DNA of 64,000 bases, taken from a virus. Taxonomy: Duplodnaviria; Caudoviricetes. How positions within the stretch are numbered: position 1 is the stretch's first letter; the number at the start of each line of letters is the position of its first letter. The position numbers and the translations under genes are program-made. This document shows positions 1-9,600 of this stretch, one piece after another. The stretch spans positions 96,001 through 160,000 of IMG/VR virus record IMGVR_UViG_3300033066_001917. The stretch is one strand, 5' to 3'. The notes under the pieces are model-generated. The model saw nothing but the letters and a program-made list of their open reading frames with translations, searched no databases and was not told where the DNA came from.

Positions 1-61
1 AGCCGTTGCTTCCAGAAAAGCTGCGGGTTTCTTCATTGGGGGAATTACCCCCCAATGAAGA

Positions 62-397
62 TCAGATCGTTGCCAGAGGCAACTTATCTGTTACTTTACG
101 TGTGTGGTCGGATGGACCAAGGACTAGGCAGGTTGTTTGGTCGTCCAAATCCGGCTCCCTAAAAACTGAGCATGGGATCCCCAACTGACAAGCTTTCCCA
201 TGCAGAGTCAAAAGGTGCCCCTCATCTTTAGCATGTAGGACAACGATGGTGTTCGATTTTTGCCGCCACGTGTGGTTGACCTCTGGATGGTCAGCGATGA
301 ACTCATCTCTACCATGGAGGGCCTGGGCCAACTGGGAACCAAAATTCAGGTCCGATCGAACGACCACGTACATCTTGTCGGTGGGTTTGGCCATCAC
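62..397 (-). CDS. pth2: Peptidyl-tRNA hydrolase, Pth2-like
   Basis: KMYVVVRSDL..G..LAQA.H, W...SNTIVVL, FREPDL..Q.T.L.LGP motifs typical of the PTH2 family; start overlaps stop of upstream gene. Confidence 0.85.
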   Translation of the reverse strand: MMAKPTDKMYVVVRSDLNFGSQLAQALHGRDEFIADHPEVNHTWRQKSNTIVVLHAKDEGHLLTLHGKACQLGIPCSVFREPDLDDQTTCLVLGPSDHTRKVTDKLPLATI

Positions 398-834
398 GCC
401 ACCTTTGATGCACGAATTGAGGCTAGCTTGCTCAAGTTCGCTTCACGCTTGAGTCTCCTAGCCTCTTCCCCTGCGGCCATTCTACGGATACGTCGCTCTT
501 TCCTGGCTTCCGTTTCTGGCTCCTTAAACCAGGAATCAATCTGATCCTGAGTAACCTCTACCCCATGGTGAAACAGTAGGGCCCACACCATCCACGAAAG
601 GTGAACGTGTCCGCTTGTCAAGTCGGCCGTGGGTTCTGTTACCCTGTATGCTTTACCCCGAAGATAGGCATAGGCCAAAAACATAACCCTCGAAGCCTGT
701 GCTTCGGAGTAGGGGTGCAGAGCGACATCCCCCCCCACTGGGTACTTGAACCTTTTTCCCGTTCTGTAAATCTCGAGAATGTGGGAAAATTGGCCCTTAG
801 CTTTGATGATGCTTTTGATTTCAATCGTCTTCAT
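394..834 (-). CDS. Hypothetical basic protein co-translated with Pth2 (LAYAYLRGKAY motif)
   Basis: 146-aa ORF, AGGA SD 9 nt upstream, stop overlaps pth2 start. Confidence 0.7.
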   Translation of the reverse strand: MKTIEIKSIIKAKGQFSHILEIYRTGKRFKYPVGGDVALHPYSEAQASRVMFLAYAYLRGKAYRVTEPTADLTSGHVHLSWMVWALLFHHGVEVTQDQIDSWFKEPETEARKERRIRRMAAGEEARRLKREANLSKLASIRASKVA

Positions 835-843
835 GTGAACTAT

Positions 844-933
844 TCCTTGTAATGATGCTGCGACACTTGAACTTGCAAGGCCATCATTACAGGGGGGTCC
901 ACGGGATCGATTGAGCTAGTAGAAGTGGTTCAT
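844..933 (-). promoter_or_regulatory. Putative translational attenuator: uORF MNHFY-TAG-LNRSRGPP plus hairpin masking downstream RBS
   Basis: ATG 933-931, TAG 918-916, RGPP codons 903-892, perfect 10-bp inverted repeat 882-891/848-857 abutting SD at 844-847. Confidence 0.6.
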
Positions 934-971
934 GACTGATGTTACCATCCTGATCATTCGACTGACTTGTG

Positions 972-1556
972 TCAAGTGCAGTTTTCTTCTTCAAGCAAAT
1001 TTGATTGAAGGATAGCCCCTATTGCTTCCACCTCGGTGAATTCCGAGGTGTCATAATTCCCCGATGTTATTCGTGCCACTAGTTCTTTGTTTCTTTTTTC
1101 CGCTTCTTCCAACTCTTGGGTCATCATTTCTGAGGCTGCAGCATGTGCGTCTTTAGAGGATTTAGCTGTGAGAACGTGGTGCCCATATCCATTAAGTAGG
1201 GCTCTCATTCTCCTGCCGCTTTCATTATCAATTGGACATTCCAGGGGGAATCTAAGCTCTCCGTGAATTTGTCGGTGGACGAGCCAGAGGTAACGGGGCT
1301 TCCCTTTTGTGTTGGTTCCGTTTGGAATGCGGATTATGCGGATTCCGGCTCTGTATTCCGCACGTGAAGTGACGTACACCTCCGTGTCCGCGTCAACCCG
1401 TTGGTCGCAGCAATCCTTATATATCTCTTCGGTAAGGTTTTTTTCGTACAATATGGCTTCATTCAAACTATGAAATTTAACCTCATCGAAATTGCGGAAA
1501 ATTCCCATGATATTCCTACCCCTTCCGAGATCATTTTGATTTTCAGATCGTAACAA
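972..1556 (-). CDS. Hypothetical protein
   Basis: 194-aa ORF, no recognised motif; true start may be the internal Met (MGIFRN). Confidence 0.6.
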   Translation of the reverse strand: MLRSENQNDLGRGRNIMGIFRNFDEVKFHSLNEAILYEKNLTEEIYKDCCDQRVDADTEVYVTSRAEYRAGIRIIRIPNGTNTKGKPRYLWLVHRQIHGELRFPLECPIDNESGRRMRALLNGYGHHVLTAKSSKDAHAAASEMMTQELEEAEKRNKELVARITSGNYDTSEFTEVEAIGAILQSNLLEEENCT

Positions 1557-1561
1557 ATGCC

Positions 1562-2380
1562 ATGACTATTAAGATTGAGGCTTGTTATGTCAAAGGGGAC
1601 GAGGGTCAGTGGGTCACAATACCAGCCCCTGAGTTTTCTAGCCCCGAAGACGGGGGGGATGAGGCTTTAGCTCTTCAGGACTATCTCACCGCCTATTCCC
1701 CACCCAGGGAAGCGGTAGCCCTTCGGTTTACATCTGAATCCATACTGGCTTATGTTAGGATCCATCCCACCTATGGTATGGTCCCGAGATTTGAAGGTTA
1801 CGATGTTATCTGGCCCACAAATGAAGAGCTTGGTGGCATATGGACCACCCCACACGTTCTACCGGATGGCCATATCCTCCCGCTCAACTATGTCGAACCG
1901 GCCGAGAGATTCCAGATGGGGGACGATGAAAGCCCCAAGTCTGATCGCCGTGTAGTTGCGGTTGAGGGCCAATTTTTGGCAAAAACCGCAACCACTGTTG
2001 AGCAGTGGAACTGGTATGCAAAAGCAATAAATGACCCCAGTAAGGTGAAGCCAACCACAAACCAAGAGGGTAGAAGTATACTGGACCATCCAGTGACGGA
2101 AGTCAATTTCTGGGATAGTTTGGACTGGGCTGGGTGGGCTGGGTTGATCCTTCCTACTGAAGAGGAGTGGGAACGTGCGGCTCGGGGAAACGATGGCCGT
2201 AAGTATCCGTGGGGCAATGAACGTCCTACCACCGAGCTATGCCATTTCTCTACCCCCGAGGAAGAACAGACGGGTACGGCCTCCGTCTACGCTCACCCAA
2301 AGGGAATGGGTCCTTATGGGCATCTAGATTTGAGTGGAAATACTTGGGAATGGTGCAATTCCCCGTGGCGAAGAGAGTAG
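1562..2380 (+). CDS. FGE-sulfatase (SUMF1)/C-type-lectin-fold protein lacking its C-terminal RGG..GFR segment
   Basis: HPVTEV.FWD...W...LPTEEEWERAARG.DGRKYPWG, PYG..DLSGNTWEW, then stop. Confidence 0.85.
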   Translation: MTIKIEACYVKGDEGQWVTIPAPEFSSPEDGGDEALALQDYLTAYSPPREAVALRFTSESILAYVRIHPTYGMVPRFEGYDVIWPTNEELGGIWTTPHVLPDGHILPLNYVEPAERFQMGDDESPKSDRRVVAVEGQFLAKTATTVEQWNWYAKAINDPSKVKPTTNQEGRSILDHPVTEVNFWDSLDWAGWAGLILPTEEEWERAARGNDGRKYPWGNERPTTELCHFSTPEEEQTGTASVYAHPKGMGPYGHLDLSGNTWEWCNSPWRRE

Positions 2381-2384
2381 TCCC

Positions 2385-2535
2385 ATGGATCCACTTCTCC
2401 ACTTTACACTACGTGGAAATTTTGTTATCTCATTAGGTACGGAATACACGTATACTCGTTTCTCGATGTGTGGAAAACATTGAAGATGTGGGGTTCCGTC
2501 CATCCCAGCGAGGTTGGTTGAGGGTGGGGAAATGA
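2385..2535 (+). pseudogene. FGE C-terminal cassette 1 (frameshifted)
   Basis: MDPLLHFTLRGNF.. from 2385, then +1 frame ..ENIEDVGFRPSQRGWLRVGK*; TGA overlaps ATG of cassette 2. Confidence 0.5.
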
Positions 2536-2663
2536 ATCCAGAATGCCTCCTCCGAGTTCGTGGAAATCCTTTTTTTAGGGTTCGTTTCTCCGCGAGCTAT
2601 CGCAGTCTAAAACTTGGCTTTAGAACATCACAACGAAGTTGGTTATGCCACTTTCGAGTGTGA
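2532..2663 (+). CDS. FGE C-terminal cassette 2 (43 aa)
   Basis: MNPECLLRVRGNPFFRVRFSASYRSLKLGFRTSQRSWLCHFRV; below ORF-track cutoff. Confidence 0.6.
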   Translation: MNPECLLRVRGNPFFRVRFSASYRSLKLGFRTSQRSWLCHFRV

Positions 2664-2708
2664 ATCCACATTCTGTCTTTTGCTTTATGCAGTTAGAATG
2701 AGCCAATC

Positions 2709-2921
2709 ATGGCGGCTAAAATGAATTATCAAGTAAGAGATAAAAGGATTCAAGTTGCAAGTAGGGGTGGTGGGTGGGGATCTGGTAGAATCCCACAGAT
2801 CCCATCGCGGAGGGATTATTGGTTGGCAGGGGTTCCGTCCATTGATGGAAGCGCGAGGTTATCACAGGTTGGATGGGTTTTACATTCCAAGGAGGTCCGT
2901 CAAATTGATGGCCTCCAGTAA
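2709..2921 (+). CDS. FGE C-terminal cassette 3
   Basis: VASRGGGW...SRR...SIDGSARLSQVGW aligns with RxRGG.W...GFR.SQ.W. Confidence 0.55.
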   Translation: MAAKMNYQVRDKRIQVASRGGGWGSGRIPQIPSRRDYWLAGVPSIDGSARLSQVGWVLHSKEVRQIDGLQ

Positions 2922-3299
2922 CCTCTCCGGTTCCATTTTTTTGAGAATGCCTTTGGGGATCTCAACTTTTTTAGGGGCCGGGGGCGGTGGGGGAGGGGGG
3001 TTGGGGGCTATTACAGATGGTATAGGGCCAAGACTGCGAATAGTAGGTGTTCTCTTCCTAGCTTCTTGAATGATTCCCACCATGGCTTGACCGCACGGTT
3101 CACAATAAGAATGGAACTCACCCTCCCAGATGTCTACCTCAACCGTAATCGGATCAGTGTGGCAGGCTCGGCATCGTAATTTGGGGTCTAAAGTGTTTTT
3201 CACGGCTCTCCTGTTACGGTAATACCTATCATGCCGAACCCATGGACGGATCAGGAAAAGAATACACTCAAAAAAGTCCTCGAAACCCGCAAGGCCCAC
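2880..3299 (-). CDS. Hypothetical Zn-ribbon protein with Pro-rich linker
   Basis: CRAC...CEPC, PPPPPPP, C-terminal NLTDLLGM; start uncertain. Confidence 0.5.
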   Translation of the reverse strand: MGLAGFEDFFECILFLIRPWVRHDRYYRNRRAVKNTLDPKLRCRACHTDPITVEVDIWEGEFHSYCEPCGQAMVGIIQEARKRTPTIRSLGPIPSVIAPNPPPPPPPAPKKVEIPKGILKKMEPERLLEAINLTDLLGM

Positions 3300-3944
3300 A
3301 CGCTTGATTGGGTGAAGTTAAAGCAGGCGCTGCCTAAGAAGAGTCGGGATGCTATCTATCGGATGATTGGCGTTCTGGGACTACAGCAACGCAACTGGCC
3401 TGAAAAACACAAAGCCCTGTTGATTTCCTTGTGGGGTCAAGTGACTCCACGACAGCTCCGTAGTAGATTCAAGGACCTCTATTCATGGGACAAAGTTTTG
3501 AAGCAAGCTGACGGGCTTGGTTTATCTAGGGATCTTCCCAGAGGGATGGTTTCTATTCACTCTCTTGGGAAGAACCCTAAGTGGGGTTATGATTACGATC
3601 AAACTCTCCGGGTTCTAAAGTGGTCCGAAGTTCCGGTTCATAACTTCGCCTATGAGGGGAATCGACCGAGATACTGTGTGGACGAATTTGAGGCTCAGGA
3701 AGCGGCTGAGAATTGGGCCCGATCCGAATGCCTTAAAGATGCATCTCTTAGATTGGGTGTTCCCACCTACACAATCAGACGATGGTTGGAAAAGGATGGG
3801 CGGATCCTAAAGAACCGAAAGCATATCAGGTTCTACCCGAATGTATACGACGGTCTGTTGAAGAAGTATGGATCAACCACCCTCGGATCCCCCCAGAAGA
3901 AGAAGCAACAAATCTATCAGGATGGATGGCAAACCGCCGCCTAA
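3231..3944 (+). CDS. Multi-HTH (Myb/SANT-like repeats) DNA-binding protein
   Basis: WTDQEKNTL and WPEKHKALL repeats plus C-terminal ASLRLGVPTYTIRRW HTH. Confidence 0.55.
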   Translation: MPNPWTDQEKNTLKKVLETRKAHTLDWVKLKQALPKKSRDAIYRMIGVLGLQQRNWPEKHKALLISLWGQVTPRQLRSRFKDLYSWDKVLKQADGLGLSRDLPRGMVSIHSLGKNPKWGYDYDQTLRVLKWSEVPVHNFAYEGNRPRYCVDEFEAQEAAENWARSECLKDASLRLGVPTYTIRRWLEKDGRILKNRKHIRFYPNVYDGLLKKYGSTTLGSPQKKKQQIYQDGWQTAA

Positions 3945-6419
3945 CAAGACCAAACCGGCGGAGTAGGCTTGTGGTCCATCAGCCGGTTTGTTTTCCGAAG
4001 CCGTAAGAGCACTTATCACACCATCCGTTCCTGTGGCTAAAACTGGAAGAATAACCGCGTCCGGGATCGATATTTGGAACGGGATGTCAAGGTATCCCCT
4101 GATTTTTCCTAGTACCTCTTGAATTTCAGCCACACGTTGTTCTAGGAAAGAAATGGTTCTCAGAATCCCACTTTCCACTGATTCAGTTCCAGCCGATAGG
4201 GATCCAAGGAACCCATTCACCATTTCCAAGACACGTCCGTTCGCCGCAAGGGGGCCAACACCAACAAGTGGCCTCCATGCCATCCACCCTCCGGGCCTAA
4301 CTCTAGATGTGGTCAAGGATAACACTTCTGCAGCAAGGTTGTAGATGTCAGGGGGGATGACATCCCTCACATACCACGCTCTTTTAGTCCGTATGTCACA
4401 TACCATTGGGGCTGAAGAGAAACCGTCCGGGACATCTCCAAAAGATGACCGGGCAAAGTCATCCCTGGCTTGCAGTTCCATAGCCAAAGGCACAGCAATG
4501 CCCATGTCCCTCCAATACCCAGGAATGCCATAAATGTTTCGGCAAAGAACTGTAGTGTTGGCATCCACTCGGCTGATGCACATGGACTCTAGGATGGTCT
4601 GATTAAGGCCAGGGTTACCCGACGCACCCTCAACCGTGGTATCCGACCATCGCCAATTGATGAGTCGATTGAAAGACTCGGTTCTGGCTCTCAAAAGAGC
4701 CGGTGGGAGATTCCCTTGCACCGCCATGATTTGGTCAGCGAGGGACACAACCTTTGCGTAAAAGTCTCTTGTGAAAGAGTCGGGGCTACTTCCTCTCAAC
4801 CCAAAAAATCGTTGCGGGTTAGTTTCAACTAGGGGAATAAGGTCCTTCCCCGGCCCCTCAAGTCCTGTTGGCTCGTAGACATAAAGTGGAGTTCCAACCA
4901 CTGGTTCCGCTTCCGGGGGTGGGCCGTGGGACACCGGATCGGCCGGTTGGATATCCGAACGACTCAATAGAACAATTCCCAGGGCCGTTTGTAGGGCTGT
5001 TGTATAAAGATTGGTCTCTTGGCTGGGGAACACAACCTTCAAGATCCCACTGGGCGTCCCTTTGGCATCTAAGGTAAATGGAGAGACCAATCCGACTTGT
5101 TCCCGTTCAGCAGAATTTCTTGGCTTCAAGTCCCATTGGAGGGTTTTGAAGTTGTCAGCCGTGACCGTGTCATTCACCGATGTCACCCTCACGTATATCT
5201 CGCGTGGGGCAATGGCATTGTGGGTATCAACCGTGCCATCTTCTAGAATTGGAGCATAGAGAGGCAAGTCATTTTGCGCCAATTCCAAGGTGTAGGTTCC
5301 ACCCACGAGTGCCTGCAAATTGATAGCTTCTCTTGGTACAAAGAACGTTTTTTGGTTGAAATAGATATCACCCTCTTTGGGGAAAGGGTTGTGAAGAGTT
5401 TCCGGGACTGAGGGGTCCCGGAAAAAGAATGCCGGTCGTGCCCCTTCTCTAATTTCAGAACCATTGAAACAGGAGTCCCAGATTACTCCTGGGTCGAGTG
5501 AAATTGAATCATGTCCACCCATGATCCGTAAAATTTGCCCCGTTGTTCCTTCCTTGTATGTTCCTGTCTCATAGGACTGATGGCCCTCGGTGGAACCACC
5601 ACCACCAGCACCTCCGGTTGAGGAAGCCGTTGGAGAAATCCAACCGGCGTAAAAACCTTCTGGAAAGCAAGAAACCTCCACGAGAAATCCCGCCGGGGGA
5701 ATGGTTGGTAGGGGGTTTCCATTGTTGGCATTTGATGGCAAAGTCCAGGAAATGATAGCTGTGTTTCGACCAACCATCTGACTTGTAGCCGCAATAAGTC
5801 TCAGATACGAAGCCTCTCCAGGTCGGGCTGTTTGCGGGGTAGAAGGATAAGTAACGGATAGCCCTGTAGGGGTAGGTAGAGATGTATTCCTACCCGAAAC
5901 CCCAGCCACACCAAGAAGCTGACCAAATGCTTGGCCAGTTCTGCGGAGAGATTGAAATCGGGTCGTGTCAAGAAGTCCATCAACGAAAGAAACGTCAACT
6001 CCGGTATAAACAAAAATACCCAGTACTGTTGTGTTTCCATTAAATTCTGGGCGTCTCGGGTCCCTCCTGTCCGTGAGCCGAGCGATCATTCTCCTCTGAA
6101 ACCCGTCGTATCCACCTTTGAGAGAAGATAAGGGTTCCCCAGAAGCCAAGGCCCCAAAATCTCCCATGTGAGCATACAAACCAGCTTTCCGGAGATCAAT
6201 GAGAGTTCCCTGACACAAATCCACTAACTCATCTAAGATGGCTTTGGTAGGGTTGAGTGTGGGAATTGTGAAGGTTTTTACAATTTGTAGTGTGCTCAAC
6301 CCAATATCTAGGCCCGCATTGACAATCTCCAGGGCCCCGTTTAAGGGCTCTAAGACATCATTGACTTCTGGTAAAGTCAGACGTATTTGAAGTCCACCCC
6401 AGGATCCAATTTCTGGCAT
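3873..6419 (-). CDS. Probable virion structural protein (848 aa)
   Basis: Long ORF tightly coupled to the giant structural gene; G/P/T-rich. Confidence 0.6.
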   Translation of the reverse strand: MPEIGSWGGLQIRLTLPEVNDVLEPLNGALEIVNAGLDIGLSTLQIVKTFTIPTLNPTKAILDELVDLCQGTLIDLRKAGLYAHMGDFGALASGEPLSSLKGGYDGFQRRMIARLTDRRDPRRPEFNGNTTVLGIFVYTGVDVSFVDGLLDTTRFQSLRRTGQAFGQLLGVAGVSGRNTSLPTPTGLSVTYPSTPQTARPGEASYLRLIAATSQMVGRNTAIISWTLPSNANNGNPLPTIPPAGFLVEVSCFPEGFYAGWISPTASSTGGAGGGGSTEGHQSYETGTYKEGTTGQILRIMGGHDSISLDPGVIWDSCFNGSEIREGARPAFFFRDPSVPETLHNPFPKEGDIYFNQKTFFVPREAINLQALVGGTYTLELAQNDLPLYAPILEDGTVDTHNAIAPREIYVRVTSVNDTVTADNFKTLQWDLKPRNSAEREQVGLVSPFTLDAKGTPSGILKVVFPSQETNLYTTALQTALGIVLLSRSDIQPADPVSHGPPPEAEPVVGTPLYVYEPTGLEGPGKDLIPLVETNPQRFFGLRGSSPDSFTRDFYAKVVSLADQIMAVQGNLPPALLRARTESFNRLINWRWSDTTVEGASGNPGLNQTILESMCISRVDANTTVLCRNIYGIPGYWRDMGIAVPLAMELQARDDFARSSFGDVPDGFSSAPMVCDIRTKRAWYVRDVIPPDIYNLAAEVLSLTTSRVRPGGWMAWRPLVGVGPLAANGRVLEMVNGFLGSLSAGTESVESGILRTISFLEQRVAEIQEVLGKIRGYLDIPFQISIPDAVILPVLATGTDGVISALTASENKPADGPQAYSAGLVLLGGGLPSILIDLLLLLLGGSEGG

Positions 6420-6637
6420 TACTTACCCCCACCTCTCCGTATCCTATCAAGCTTTTCCCGTTCTCTTTCCAAAAGCTCAAGGTCGGATTCCAACATCGTC
6501 TCAAGCTCTTTTCTCAAGTATAGGATCAGTTCTCTCTGCTTTGCGAGAGCCGGTAAGTCCCCCAAATTGGTAGGGCCACTGCGTTTCCAATCAATGGAAC
6601 CGGATCTCAATTTTTCTAACAGTTCTTCTCGGGTCAT
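6419..6637 (-). CDS. Small coiled-coil protein
   Basis: 72 aa, overlapping start/stop with both neighbours. Confidence 0.65.
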   Translation of the reverse strand: MTREELLEKLRSGSIDWKRSGPTNLGDLPALAKQRELILYLRKELETMLESDLELLEREREKLDRIRRGGGK

Positions 6638-9600
6638 CGGGTAGACCTAATCGCAAGAGCTTTTTGTTTAAGCTGTTTGATCCTACCCTGTAATGCGGAA
6701 TCGAATCTCCTTATGGCTTCAAGGGTTCCCGTTACCCGGTGGGATCTTGTTGAAATCCAAGCGTCCCTTGTTGCTCTCAATTTGTCCGTCTGGTCTAGAG
6801 ATATCGTGATCCGGTTAGGTAGGACTGGTTTTCCAACCCCATTTTCAAAATCAGCGTAGGGGTCCGTGGAACCATATGGCGGGTGCTCGTGGTCAAGGCT
6901 GATGTCACCCAGCCAGAACCTACGATCTAGAATCGAAAGGCACAAGGCGTTATTGGAGAATGGAGTTACAAGGGTTCGTCCGAATACAGATGCAATCAAT
7001 CCGTTGGACATGATCCCCCATCCCGTATCAAAGTCCGGCAAATAACCCAATTTGGAGATATGTTCTTCAGACTGGAAAACTCTGTATCCACCACCGTGAT
7101 TAATTTCCGAAATGTTTCTCATGACATCAATCCAGGACAGGGTTCTTTCCCTGGTCGAGAATATGAGGTTGATCGTCTCATCCGACAGCTTTGTGGATGG
7201 CCGCAAGATTCTGTAGGAGAACGGGGCAACCGACAACCATGTACCCATGTAACTGTTAAAAGCATCGGGGAAAGCAGTCGGACGAAGGTCCATCTGACCC
7301 TCCAACCCGTTTCCGGAACCCGATAGATTAGATCCATGAACCGTCGGGTAGATGGCATAGGCAGCATTGGATGGTCCGAATACAATATCCGGGTTGCCGC
7401 GGTCTCCAGCAAGATTGTTCTCCTCCGCCGTTACCGTTAGAACACCGTTGGACTTAGCCGCCACCCTATAAAATCCTCTATTATCATCGCATTTTCGCGG
7501 TGTACCCGGGGTGTAATCAGCCCCTCGCGATGACACCCCAAGGTCTCCGGTTGGGGGCTGACCTTGCTCCGGTATTGGGGCCGTTCCTGTAGGACCAGCC
7601 AAGGATCCTGCAGGATCAACCACAACCAAGTCTCCCATTTCAACGTTGGTGTAGGTAACGGTCGGATCCGTATCCGTCAGCTTGTTGACCGATTGGTCAT
7701 ATGCGGTTTGAGGATCAGCATTAGGGACATAGGTGACTTTCCCTCCCTGTTGAGTGGTGTAATTGCATCGTCGGTCTAGAATCACCCGATCTGTGGCAAG
7801 GTCCGCAAGTTCGGCGACCGATTGCTCGTGGGGGACAGGAGGAGTCCTTAATATAACTTCGAATCTGGTGCCAGGAGCAATGGTTTCTTCACATGCAACC
7901 AGTGTAAGAATTTGGTTTTGGACTCCGACGATTTCGGATGTTGTTAGGGTAGTCCCGGATGGGCTAATGAATCTGATTGAGTCCCCCGGGTTGATATTCA
8001 CCCTCTTATCCGTAAAATCCCCCAATTGGGTAGCCTTGCCTCCTCCAATTGGAAATGGTAGCTGGTGGCCATCCACGGGCTCTGCCACCAACGTGCACAC
8101 TCCGTTCGTTGTTGTTACGGATGCTACGACCCCTCTTCTGATTTCATAAGCATAACGGAGGTCTCCGAATGGTGACGTAAGGTCCTCATTTCTGGTGCCC
8201 CATCTTCTTGGCCTTCTTACTTCGGCTTGAGCTATCTCCAAAAAGCTTTGGAGCGGTGGGATAATGCTCGAATCAAAGTATGTTGAAACCGATCTGGCTC
8301 CTACGGCATTGGCCGCTAGGGAGTGGGTGGCATCCACGACATTAACATTCACTGACCCAAGATTGTTACCCACCCTTGGGAACGAAGGCTCCACATAGAT
8401 ACCAGCAGCAGCACTATAATTCGCCACCCATCTGTCCCCTGGAAGAAAGCAACGGGCCCCTGCGGGAATAAAAGCACCTACGGTATGGATGTCATCCCAG
8501 TTGAAACCGGAGAAATCAATGACTCCAGGTATGTGATCGTATACCGGGTCATCTTCCGCTGTGAGTGTAGTGCTGGGTACCTTTACTTTTTCGTAGATGG
8601 ATAGTACCGTTGCTGTACCTTCAAGGTTGCCGTTGGTAGTGGCATCCAAAGTGACGTTAGATACCCCCCTGGATCCAACAACCGACCGAAACCCAAAGAA
8701 AGACCTATTTCCTGGCGCTGCTGTTGCGTTGGTGTATCCAGAATAGTTCTCTGGAATCCCTACGGCTTGCGGTGAAACCGGAGCTAAAGCCATACCACTC
8801 ACGGGCACTCCCACTTGGGCTGCGGCAATAAAAACACCTGAAGAAATAACGTTTCCCAAACCGTCCCGGAAGTCCGTTAGATTGGCAAATGTGGTGTCCC
8901 CCGCCCCCGAAATAGAGCCATATGCCGCACTGTAAATCGCCGTAGCATAAAGTGCGGAGTTGGTAGAGTCCAGGAGGTCCGGCCTCACAATTAGAAAAAC
9001 ACGACCTGTTGGTTTGAAGACTCTCGTGTAAGTAAGGGGAACGCCGCCAAAAGTTTTGACAAAGGGTACCTCCTGATTCGCTGATATGGTGAGGTTGTAG
9101 GGGGCTAGTGTTGTGATTGAAACAACACTAGGGAACTCTATACCTAACCAGTTATTGTCTCCCGTGTTGGCGGAGAGAGTGGCTCTTCTCTCATCTGTCC
9201 CATGTGTCGCTTTGATAACGTTACGAATGCAGTATGTCCCGGCCTTACCCGAAGCCGTAGGTATTGCACTTGCCCCATCCGTAAGGGAGCGAATTACCAG
9301 AAGATCCCCGGGAAGGACGTTTGATACATCTCCAGATAGGGTCGCTTGTGGGGTGAACCTATTTAGCCTGGGTGATAGGGTGGGTGGATTGAAGGCTTCA
9401 TCGCACACAACTTCACCATTGAAAATTGGATCCGTTGCAGTCTGCCGGGCCGTTGGCAGTGCCTTGAAAGTTATGTTAGATGCTTCAATTGGGATATTTT
9501 CATACCCCTCCCAAGCCATGACTTTTAGCGATCCAGTGCCTCCGAAGAACCTCCCAACGCCGTAAACGGAAGGGATTACAGAGCTTCTTGCTTTGAATGT

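Noticed and set aside
1562-2921. Classical diversity-generating retroelement
   Set aside because: No reverse transcriptase and no near-identical template/variable repeat pair differing at adenines in this window; cannot be excluded elsewhere in the genome.
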